Below, piece after piece: positions 1-7,933 of a stretch of 64,000 bases of DNA (positions are counted from its first letter, which is position 1; every line of letters starts with the position of its first letter). A program made the position numbers and the translations under genes. The notes under the pieces were generated by a model, which saw only the letters and a list, made by a program, of their open reading frames with translations, did no database searches and was not told the DNA's origin. Source of the DNA: Candidatus Poribacteria bacterium (GTDB lineage Bacteria > Poribacteria > WGA-4E > WGA-3G); the NCBI GenBank assembly GCA_963665235.2, contig CAXXLX010000001.1, positions 1,312,001 to 1,376,000 of the forward strand, written 5' to 3'.

Positions 1-119
1 CTCAAACGTTCTGAATTCAATTATACACGTTTTTCGCTATTGGTGCAACTTTTTTTGTGGGTGACATAGGATTATTTAGTTCTCGATATTTTTGACCGTT
101 TTCTCAACACCCCTCTTAT

Positions 120-228
120 GTAGGAGCGTGCTGTGCACGCGATATTGCGCCTCCATATTTTCAATGGTCCTCTTATAGTATTCGGTGCGAAGCACCGCTC
201 CTCAAGAGCGTGCCGTGCACGCGATATT
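120..228. repeat. GTAG-type REP-like palindromic element with an internal 23-bp direct repeat
   Basis: gtaggagcg at 120 pairs with cgctcct near 197-203. gagcgtgc(t/c)gtgcacgcgatatt occurs twice (about 124 and 206). Confidence 0.55.
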
Positions 229-326
229 AAGGAATTGGCTGCTTGCCCGAATACTAGAGGAATATATACATATATAAAGTAAATTTATAAAACTAGACGG
301 GTGTGTAAAGTTTTTGTACAAAACCG

Positions 327-706
327 GTGCATAAGTTACACTTTTGACACAAAGTGTAACTTATGGTTTTGTGTATTGCATGTGTGTGAACGCACGCCTA
401 GTCTATGTTTGTAAGCGGTTTTGCCCTCTCTTTTTCGCGACACAAAAAAAACGCGTTGTGTCATTTCGACCGCCGATTTCGGGTATCAGTTCTGCGGAGT
501 TTTCTTACCGTTTTGCCTCCTACTTTTTTGTGCGGTTTGTGTGCATAAGTTACACTTTTGACACAAAGTGTAACTTATGGTTTTGTGTATTGCATGTGTG
601 TGAACGCACGCCCAGTCTATGTTTGTAAGCGGTTTTGCCCTCTCTTTTTCGCGACACAAAAAAAACGCGTTGTGTCATTTCGACCGCCGATTTCGGGTAT
701 CAGTTC
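327..706. repeat. About 165-bp direct repeat, two copies with a 214-bp period
   Basis: Copies start at 327 and 541 and are near-identical. Each starts with the hairpin cataagttacacttt-tgacac-aaagtgtaacttatg. A partial third copy lies near 760. Confidence 0.9.
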
Positions 707-917
707 ATCAGACTTTTCGGTCTGTTCTGCCTCCTATTTTTTGTGCTATTTGTGGGCAAATGTTACACTTTTGACACACGCTATCGATGTCTGGTCAGGT
801 GAGTTGCAAACCGTGCCGCTTTCCTCCGAAAAATGTTTTGGTTCTCTGTTATGTTATACCATTTTTATTAATTATTCTATCATTACCGGTTGTTAGAAAT
901 CAAACGGAGAACGGAAG

Positions 918-1041
918 ACACAAACTGGAAGTTTATGCTACAATAAAGAGCACAAACTGGAAGTTTATGCTACAATAAAGAGCACAAACTGGAAGTTTAT
1001 GCTACTACAAAAATGCACAAACTGGAAGTTTATGCTACAAG
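918..1041 (-). repeat. Four tandem GTAG-REP-like units (gtagcataaacttccagtttgtg on the minus strand)
   Basis: caaactggaagtttatgctac occurs four times with short A-rich spacers. The same family recurs at about 48207 and 48311. Confidence 0.85.
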
Positions 1042-1151
1042 AAAGAGACATTTTCAATTAGAAATGGTATTAGTTGCGAACTGTTTGATTTTTCTTCATA
1101 AAAAATATCGCAGACGTACAAAAACTTTACACACCCTTTCAAATTCTTTTT

Positions 1152-1181
1152 TTGCAACTTTTTGAGATTTTGGTGTATAAT
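1152..1181 (+). promoter_or_regulatory. Sigma70-type promoter of the 1242-5561 operon
   Basis: TTGCAA at 1152 and TATAAT at about 1176. Confidence 0.55.
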
Positions 1182-1241
1182 GTTAAAAAATGTTTTGTTT
1201 AGGTGTCGACTAGCTGACGAAATAGCGGAGTTTATTGAACG

Positions 1242-1670
1242 ATGTTACAGAAACACAAACACATCCTCATCTTACTTACGGCATTGGTGTACGTTTATTC
1301 CGTATGCCCGTTTCTCTGTGCGACTTTTGAAGAGAAGGTGTGCCATAACACCTCTCAAGAAATGTTGACAGGGGATGCTGGCTGTTGCCAGAAGGCGACC
1401 ACAGATGCCACGGGTGAGTCTGATACGGCATCAGAAAATGGAAAATTGTGTTGCACTCCCGTGCTAGAACTTATCCTGCTGGATGATACGCCTAATAGGG
1501 TTAATGTTCGTGAATTGAGTGGGCAGTATTTCGTTTTTACTGTTCCGCTTGTTGCAATTCCGTCGATTTCGCAGGCGAGGTTGCCGCGCTTTTTGTCCCT
1601 ACCCGCATTATACACATCTACCCCGAATTGCACGATATCCCGCCGGGGCCCTCCATATACGCACGTATAG
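1242..1670 (+). CDS. Cys-rich exported leader protein with C-terminal RGPP motif (DUF2946/CutF/CruR-like)
   Basis: Hydrophobic N-terminus, CxxxC, two CC pairs, ends ISRRGPPYTHV. It is the first gene of a metal-related operon. Confidence 0.6.
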   Translation: MLQKHKHILILLTALVYVYSVCPFLCATFEEKVCHNTSQEMLTGDAGCCQKATTDATGESDTASENGKLCCTPVLELILLDDTPNRVNVRELSGQYFVFTVPLVAIPSISQARLPRFLSLPALYTSTPNCTISRRGPPYTHV

Positions 1671-1776
1671 GCAGCTCTCTGCCATCAATTTCTCTTTCCG
1701 CTCCCATGTTTGCACGGGGGAATTCGCGGAAAGTCGTCTACTTTTAATTCAAACCTAATCATTTTTTTATGGAGGT

Positions 1777-1890
1777 CAGGACTTACGCATCGCGTTGATA
1801 AACCCTTATGATAGTGGGATTTAGAGGGAGACCTAGCGGGCGGGGGGACCCCGCCCCTACAAGGTTCCTGCTAAATTTGCGTAAGTCCTA
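1777..1890. mobile_element. MITE with AGGACTTACGCA terminal inverted repeats, flanked by GGAGGT direct repeats
   Basis: aggacttacgca (1778-1789) and tgcgtaagtcct (1878-1889). GGAGGT at 1771-1776 and 1891-1896. An internal REP hairpin gggcggggggaccccgcccctac is present. Confidence 0.8.
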
Positions 1891-1902
1891 GGAGGTATAA
1901 CA

Positions 1903-2943
1903 ATGCAACCCCAGAATTTCACGTTTTTGAAGTTTTTATCGCGATATTTTACAGTAGCACTCGCTATTAGCTTGCTGCTTTTTATTGAAATAGGTGCAGC
2001 TCAGGAGCAGGGTGCCCACGCCGGCCACAAAGCAGCGAACGGCTCATCTCTCAACGTTGCCCTTCACACCGAACCGAACACTGTTCAGGTTGGAACTCCG
2101 ACATCTCTGACGTTTCACCTTACCGATGCAAAAGGTGAACCGTTCACGGACCTTTTGGTACATCACGAGCGCGTTCTGCATGTGCTTATTGTTAGCGAGA
2201 ATTTGCAAATCATCGGCCATGTTCATCCCGAAGATTTTGAATCGCGGGATATGCTGGCAGAGTTAGCGGGGCACTATACGGTGCACTTTACGTTTCCGAC
2301 TGCAGGCCGCTATATTGTGGCAATAGATGTGATGACAGCGGAGGCAGAATTTTCCAAATATCTGTATGTAGATGTGAAAGGCACGCCGAAAATGACCGAG
2401 ATGCTCCGCGATTTTCGCCGAGCAAAAGCCATTCGCGGCTATACCGATGAAGGTGGTGACCGATATACTAAAGCGGTATCCGTAACGGAAACAGAGAGCA
2501 CGGCCGAAGCGGTGTATCATGTGAAAATGGAAACCCCTAAACAGATTCGGGCAGGTGAGATGGTGACGATTGGCTACCATTTCTCGCGCAATGGAAAACC
2601 GCTTACCGACCTCGTTCCGTTTTTGGATGCCCCGATGCATTTCGCAATTGTGAGCACCCGTTTAGATGGTGTGATACATACACACGGCAACGTGCCATCT
2701 AATAAACATGACGCGCATGGGACGAAGAAACAGGCGCAGCATGCGGGACATACAGGGCACGAGGTGCACAAAACACCGAAAGGGAAACATGAGCATCAGA
2801 GTGCTACGCCAGAGAAATTTGGTCCCACGGTGAATCTTATGACGATGTTTCCAAAGGCTGGCGTTTATCAAATTTTCGGGCAACTCAAACACACCAATCA
2901 GATTCTGTGGCTCAGTTTCATGGTTGAAGTTGTTAGCAAGTAG
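1903..2943 (+). CDS. Exported His-rich heavy-metal-binding protein with two Ig/YtkA-like domains
   Basis: Signal peptide; motifs HHERVLHVL, GHVHP, APMHFA, IHTHG; His-rich loop; repeated FPxAGxY. Confidence 0.7.
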   Translation: MQPQNFTFLKFLSRYFTVALAISLLLFIEIGAAQEQGAHAGHKAANGSSLNVALHTEPNTVQVGTPTSLTFHLTDAKGEPFTDLLVHHERVLHVLIVSENLQIIGHVHPEDFESRDMLAELAGHYTVHFTFPTAGRYIVAIDVMTAEAEFSKYLYVDVKGTPKMTEMLRDFRRAKAIRGYTDEGGDRYTKAVSVTETESTAEAVYHVKMETPKQIRAGEMVTIGYHFSRNGKPLTDLVPFLDAPMHFAIVSTRLDGVIHTHGNVPSNKHDAHGTKKQAQHAGHTGHEVHKTPKGKHEHQSATPEKFGPTVNLMTMFPKAGVYQIFGQLKHTNQILWLSFMVEVVSK

Positions 2944-2978
2944 GCGTAATCCTGGATTGCGTCTTAAGGAGGTTACAG

Positions 2979-3956
2979 ATGTTTTCTCAAATTTACCGTC
3001 CACTCTGGATATTTATCCTTTTGGCAGGTGTTTTGCTAATGGTAAGTATGCCGATGCAAGGCGATGCCCATGAGAAGGAGTGGCCAGGGCAGAAACTTAA
3101 GGCTTTTTTTCCGATGGCAAAGAAATTTGTTCAGCGAAGTGTCGTGCTTACGTCGGCTAAAATTGCTGCTATTGAGAAGGAGCTCGGCAGTAAACTCCGG
3201 AAGGAGGACCATAAACCGGTGTTTTATATTTCGCTCAATGCGAAGAATAGGCCAATAGGCTTGGTGCTGTTTGCTGATACACAGGGGCCGCGCGGCACAA
3301 TTGATGGCGCAGTCGGCTTGGACATGAAGGGGAAGATTGTGAAAGTGGCGGTCTATGAACACAAGGAGTCGGATGCAATTGCATCAGAGAAATTTTTGAA
3401 GCAGTTCATCGGCATGGATATAGACAGCACTTTCAAGGTGGGCAAGGATGTTAAAGCGGTTAAGGGGCAAGAGGCAGCATCAGAAGCGGTTGCACTGCTT
3501 CCGAAAAAGACGTTAATTATGAGCTATGCCCTCTTCCTCAAACGGAAACCGAAACCGAAGGCGGAAAAGCAACCGCAGACCGATGCCCAAAAGGATGAGA
3601 TGCCTGAAGTGGAAGACCTGAAGGAGCTTATGATGTTGATGGTGGATGCATATCTCAACATCGTTGACTACTTTGAGACTGGCAAGGACAAAGCGAAAGC
3701 GGTCGCTGCGGCGAAACAGCTCGTCACGTACGCGAAAGGCATCGGAGCGTTTGAACCCCCGAAAAATGCTGAACAGGCTAAGGAATATGCCGCGCTTCAC
3801 AAAAAGTTCGGCAAAACTCTCACGGAATTCGCTAAAAAGCTTGAGCAGGACGGTATTTCTGATGAGACGCGCAAACAGTGGAAGGCTATCGTCGCGTTAG
3901 TGAATCAGGCACACCGCCAGTTTAGCGAAGAAGAGGTTGACCTTGAGGCATATTAA
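2979..3956 (+). CDS. Exported FMN-bind-like domain fused to a cytochrome b562-like four-helix bundle
   Basis: Signal peptide. GxIxKVxVxEHKE..FLKQFxG is an FMN_bind/RnfG-like pattern. The C-domain DLKELM...PPK...NQAHRQF resembles b562. Confidence 0.65.
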   Translation: MFSQIYRPLWIFILLAGVLLMVSMPMQGDAHEKEWPGQKLKAFFPMAKKFVQRSVVLTSAKIAAIEKELGSKLRKEDHKPVFYISLNAKNRPIGLVLFADTQGPRGTIDGAVGLDMKGKIVKVAVYEHKESDAIASEKFLKQFIGMDIDSTFKVGKDVKAVKGQEAASEAVALLPKKTLIMSYALFLKRKPKPKAEKQPQTDAQKDEMPEVEDLKELMMLMVDAYLNIVDYFETGKDKAKAVAAAKQLVTYAKGIGAFEPPKNAEQAKEYAALHKKFGKTLTEFAKKLEQDGISDETRKQWKAIVALVNQAHRQFSEEEVDLEAY

Positions 3957-3969
3957 CCGTTGGAAACGC

Positions 3970-4000
3970 GTAGGGCGGGTTTTGACATCCGCCCTGCACG
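3970..4000. repeat. GTAG-REP-like intergenic hairpin
   Basis: gtagggcgg-gttttgacat-ccgccctgc. Confidence 0.6.
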
Positions 4001-4025
4001 CTTTTACTCAAAAAAGGAGTTTATC

Positions 4026-5561
4026 ATGCGCAAAATTTTGCTTTTTTACTTAGTCGCGTTCTTTTTAGCAGTCATGACAGAATATTCACCGAGTTTTGCT
4101 TTGCCCGCGTTCTATAAAATGTTTCGCACCAAATACAAGTGGGCAAGTGGATGCAATGTCTGCCACTCTTCAAAGACAGGTGGGGATTCTCCTAATTTAT
4201 ACGGCAGGGCATTCTTACACAACGGTATGAATTTCACAACGTTCACAAAGATTGAAAAGACAGATTCGGATAAAGATGGATTTAGCAATATTGCGGAGAT
4301 TCTCGCGCGTTCCTATCCGGGGGATGCTGCGAGTACACCGGAGAACGTCAAACCTACAGCCGATGCCGCCGGTGCGGACAATGGGTTGACTTCCGATTCG
4401 GAGGACATCTTCAGTTTCGATGACGTAGATGGAACAGAGGGGACAGAGGGTTCTGGATTTCTTGGAGATGCGTTCGGTAACCTTGTTTTTGGTGGGGCAT
4501 TGGATATCCGCCGCATTACGCGTGGACAGGATTTGATGCCTGATAGAGAAGACAATTGGGATACAGGGACCACGCTTATCCACGTCGCTGAATTTGTAGT
4601 GACAACGAGTGTCGGTGACCATATCAGTCTGTTGGGAGAACAGCTGCTGACAACCTCGCCCTTGGGGACGCAGGTTGCTGATGACCATGGGTTTGTATAT
4701 GCAATTTTGAGTAGCTTGCCAGTTTTACCAGCGGGTGCGTCTCTGAAAATTGGGCGATTTCGCCACGGTTTTGGTATTGACACAAAGTCGGATGCAGCCA
4801 CAAATCCGCTGTATAATTTGGTCCGGAAAAACATCGGTTTCATTTCCGACCGTGGCTTTCAACTCAACGGTTACGTTGGGCCCGTCTCCTACACCGTATC
4901 GCTTGCGGATGGGCCGGACTCACTTCGCACGGTTACGTCGGGAACTGTAGCATCCGGTATTCGCATCGGTCCGCACGGTAGTGGGGGTGGTGTTTTGAAA
5001 CCGCTCAGAAATAACAGTCCGCCTCTATTTCTCCATGTTAACGGTGACCTTCCGCTTTTGGGGAAGCGGATTTGGCTCGGTGTATCCTATTTTGATGGTA
5101 ACAGCTATCCGTTTAATCCACTGACAGGGGATGTTAATCCGTCGACGTTGGTTTACAAACGACGTGTCGGTTTGTCGACACATTTCAGGTTATGGCGGTT
5201 CGCGTTTGCTGGCGAGTGGGTTCGTGGAAGAGATACGCATCTTTTGAAATATCTACAAATTCCGCTCACAACAGAGGAACGTGGCGCGTCTGTGGAGGGT
5301 TATTACATGCATGCAGAAATACCGCTGTCGGAGTCCTTGGATTTTCGGTTAAAATATGATGTGTGGAATCCAAATACGGACCTGTATAAACGTTATGCTT
5401 TTCGCCGGGAATCTGAAGATGCGGTTTGGTCGACGCTCGGTGGTGCATTGACGTGGCATTTCACAGAGGGGGGGTTGGCTCGGCTTGCTTACCAGATAAA
5501 TAACGTTGAAAAACCGACGCGCAGTGGAGGCATAGTTCCGCAGCTTTTGGTAGAATTTTGA
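4026..5561 (+). CDS. Monoheme cytochrome c fused to an outer-membrane beta-barrel (Cyc2-like architecture)
   Basis: AAGGAG RBS before ATG 4026. Signal peptide ends SFA, followed by LPAF..CNVCH..NLYGRAF. DSDKDGFSNxxE motif, amphipathic beta strands, terminal Phe. Confidence 0.75.
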   Translation: MRKILLFYLVAFFLAVMTEYSPSFALPAFYKMFRTKYKWASGCNVCHSSKTGGDSPNLYGRAFLHNGMNFTTFTKIEKTDSDKDGFSNIAEILARSYPGDAASTPENVKPTADAAGADNGLTSDSEDIFSFDDVDGTEGTEGSGFLGDAFGNLVFGGALDIRRITRGQDLMPDREDNWDTGTTLIHVAEFVVTTSVGDHISLLGEQLLTTSPLGTQVADDHGFVYAILSSLPVLPAGASLKIGRFRHGFGIDTKSDAATNPLYNLVRKNIGFISDRGFQLNGYVGPVSYTVSLADGPDSLRTVTSGTVASGIRIGPHGSGGGVLKPLRNNSPPLFLHVNGDLPLLGKRIWLGVSYFDGNSYPFNPLTGDVNPSTLVYKRRVGLSTHFRLWRFAFAGEWVRGRDTHLLKYLQIPLTTEERGASVEGYYMHAEIPLSESLDFRLKYDVWNPNTDLYKRYAFRRESEDAVWSTLGGALTWHFTEGGLARLAYQINNVEKPTRSGGIVPQLLVEF

Positions 5562-5586
5562 AATAGCTACGGGAAACTATAGGAAT

Positions 5587-5649
5587 CATCGGCAAGAAGG
5601 GTTCTGGTGATTATGAAACAACTTTATCATCAGAAATCTCTTGCCGATG
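5587..5649. terminator. Long hairpin between convergent genes (gcaaga...tcttgc family)
   Basis: Outer arms catcggcaaga / tcttgccgatg; inner arms ttctggtgat / atcatcagaa. Confidence 0.6.
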
Positions 5650-5660
5650 GCTGACAACTC

Positions 5661-6665
5661 TTACTGCTGGGCTTGCTCCGCCTCAGTCTTGGCATGGATA
5701 GCGATAAGCACAAAACAGGTGGATTGCAAGTTGGCAGTAGGCTTTTCGAGTTCTATCGGGGTATTGCTGACGAAACTGCCATCTTTTCTCCGGGCTTTTG
5801 TGAGGTAATCGATAGCGACACGACGCGTATTGAGCGTGAGCAGGTCACTTCGAGCAGCAAGTGCCATAATAACACTGGCAGTCACTTCAGGGTCACTTGG
5901 TAAACCTTTGTATACAGGGAATCCACCGTCGGCATTCCGGTGCTGTTTTAACCAAAAAATATCTCTATCAATATCGTAAAATATTGATAATCCTTGAAGT
6001 ACCCAGGCGGTCACAAAAATATTGGAGGGTCCGCCGCGGCGGAGTGACCACCCCGTATCATTTTCGTCATTATCATTGCGGGTGCGGCGTGCTGGTTGGC
6101 CTAACCACTGCGCCCCCCTGGAAGCAGGTTCGAATCTCTGATTGAACCCGAGTTTTTTAAAGCCGGCTAAAACAGCGGCGGTATAGAGGATATTTCCGGG
6201 GCTGCCGCTCTGCTTTCCCCAGCTGCCGTTTGCATTTTGTGCATCCTTCATCCACTGAAGTCCCTTGAGTCGTATTTTGGGGTCGGTTTCGGCAGCTGCT
6301 AGGGCGATAAGGGAGAAGATGGTGTGGGCGGTGTTGTTGTTCCAGCTGCCATCTTGAGTCTGCGTCGACTTCAAATAGGTGACTCCGGCTCGGATAATAC
6401 GGGACCCGGTGCCCCATCCTGCGTCAATTAATGCCCAAATAGCAAATGCGGTGACTTCGGCATCACTTTTCCCTCCGGGTACAAGGGGCCATCCGCCATC
6501 TCGGTTTTGGTGTTTGATAATGTAGGTTTTCGCGCCTTCTATCGTTTGGTAGAGTGCCGGGAGCTCTGATGCATCATCGGCAAAACTTCGGGGCACGTTG
6601 AGACAGAGAAGGGACAACAGCATCTGGCAACATAATAGTATAGATATAGGTTTGTAATATCTCAT
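5661..6665 (-). CDS. Exported prenyltransferase/squalene-cyclase (QW) repeat protein
   Basis: Signal peptide MRYYK..SFA; repeats QNRDGGW, QTQDGSW, QNANGSW, RNADGGF. No DxDD motif. Confidence 0.75.
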   Translation of the reverse strand: MRYYKPISILLCCQMLLSLLCLNVPRSFADDASELPALYQTIEGAKTYIIKHQNRDGGWPLVPGGKSDAEVTAFAIWALIDAGWGTGSRIIRAGVTYLKSTQTQDGSWNNNTAHTIFSLIALAAAETDPKIRLKGLQWMKDAQNANGSWGKQSGSPGNILYTAAVLAGFKKLGFNQRFEPASRGAQWLGQPARRTRNDNDENDTGWSLRRGGPSNIFVTAWVLQGLSIFYDIDRDIFWLKQHRNADGGFPVYKGLPSDPEVTASVIMALAARSDLLTLNTRRVAIDYLTKARRKDGSFVSNTPIELEKPTANLQSTCFVLIAIHAKTEAEQAQQ

Positions 6666-6772
6666 TTTTTCACCTGCTAACGGTTGATAATCTAATTTTT
6701 GTCGGTTTTCTTGCCGAATGCGTGAACGGAAACCTTCGGCGTGTGTTTTCAACCCGACGGACAAAATAGAAA

Positions 6773-7897
6773 CTACAACTGTGGTTCAATCACGACTTTG
6801 TAAACGCCTTCCTCGCCGAGCATATCAATACCGGTTTCCAATTGATTTAAGGGTAGGTGGTGCGTTATCAATTCATGCAGCGGGGCCCGTGTCCGCTGGA
6901 GAAAATCCAACGCTGTCTGAAATTGGATTTGCGGATATGCCCACACCCCACAGACATCCAGGTCTTTATTACAAATTTGATGCGGTCTCACCCGGGTTTC
7001 GCCAGAATCGGTGTAGTGTCCAACCTCAATAACCTTGCCTCCGCGGCGGACTACGTCTAACGCTTCGGAGAAGACAATGGGTAAGCCAGCACATTCAAGT
7101 GCGATGTCCACGCCGACACCATCTGTGAGCTCCTGAATCTGTTCGAGCCGCTTTTCCGATGTTGTCTGACCAACATTGATAACTACATCTGCTCCCATCC
7201 GTTTCGCCATGTCTAAACGGCTATCGACGAGGTCGGTGGCGATGATGGTACCCGCGCCGCTATCCCTTAAGACAGCGATGACGAGTAGGCCTATCGGGCC
7301 ACATCCGAGCACGGCAACGCGGCTTCCGATACTGTAGCCGTCACCGACCTGCGGAAGTCCAGGGGCACAAGCGCGTTCAACAGCACGTGTCGCTACCGCT
7401 ACCGGCTCCGTCAACACAGCAATCTCTTCGGGAATGCTCTCCGGTATTTTGTAGACCCAGGAGTTTCCGTGGATATAGGTATACTCGGCGAATTCACCGG
7501 TGAGATAGGGTGGCGTTTCGCTGTTGCTGAACCCGTAAATGGTGCGTCCCGAACACAACGTTGGACGGCCCGGTACATGTAAGCAGTAATAGCATCTGCC
7601 GCAGTTTTTTGAACCCGGCACTACCGTCACACGGTCCCCGGTTTTGATGGGCCCGCCCATCACATTCATAACCTGATTCGCACGGGTGCCGAGCTCCGCG
7701 ACTGTTCCGACAACTTCATGTCCAGGGATGACAGGAAATTTTAGTGCGGTGTGCCCGAGATACATGTGCTTATCGCTTCCACAGATGCCGACTTTGTCAA
7801 CTTGGAGTAGAAGGGAATCTTCTGTGGGTCTCGGTTTCTCAAATTCGCGGAGCTGTATCCGGCCCGGTTGGAGCATGACTGCTGCTTGAACTTGCAT
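6773..7897 (-). CDS. Zinc-dependent alcohol dehydrogenase (MDR family)
   Basis: ICGSD, GHE, CGRCYYC..C, GCGPIG. Confidence 0.9.
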   Translation of the reverse strand: MQVQAAVMLQPGRIQLREFEKPRPTEDSLLLQVDKVGICGSDKHMYLGHTALKFPVIPGHEVVGTVAELGTRANQVMNVMGGPIKTGDRVTVVPGSKNCGRCYYCLHVPGRPTLCSGRTIYGFSNSETPPYLTGEFAEYTYIHGNSWVYKIPESIPEEIAVLTEPVAVATRAVERACAPGLPQVGDGYSIGSRVAVLGCGPIGLLVIAVLRDSGAGTIIATDLVDSRLDMAKRMGADVVINVGQTTSEKRLEQIQELTDGVGVDIALECAGLPIVFSEALDVVRRGGKVIEVGHYTDSGETRVRPHQICNKDLDVCGVWAYPQIQFQTALDFLQRTRAPLHELITHHLPLNQLETGIDMLGEEGVYKVVIEPQL

Positions 7898-7933
7898 AGT
7901 TGGAATTCCTTGTCCTGTTTTTTTTAGTTTATT

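Larger units (their letters stand above)
299..1136. mobile_element. Non-coding segment bounded by perfect 21-bp inverted repeats (MITE-like composite)
   Basis: gggtgtgtaaagtttttgtac (299-319) is the exact reverse complement of gtacaaaaactttacacaccc (1116-1136). No transposase inside and no clear target-site duplication. Confidence 0.45.

Noticed and set aside
344-978. ORFs 344-628, 558-896 and 787-978
   Set aside because: They are translations of non-coding repeats, with no RBS and atypical composition.
918-1041. Possible CRISPR array
   Set aside because: The spacers are only about 8-12 nt and nearly identical, no cas genes are present, and the unit is a dispersed REP-like motif.
5661-6665. 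Squalene-hopene cyclase
   Set aside because: It is half the expected length, lacks DxDD and carries a signal peptide.
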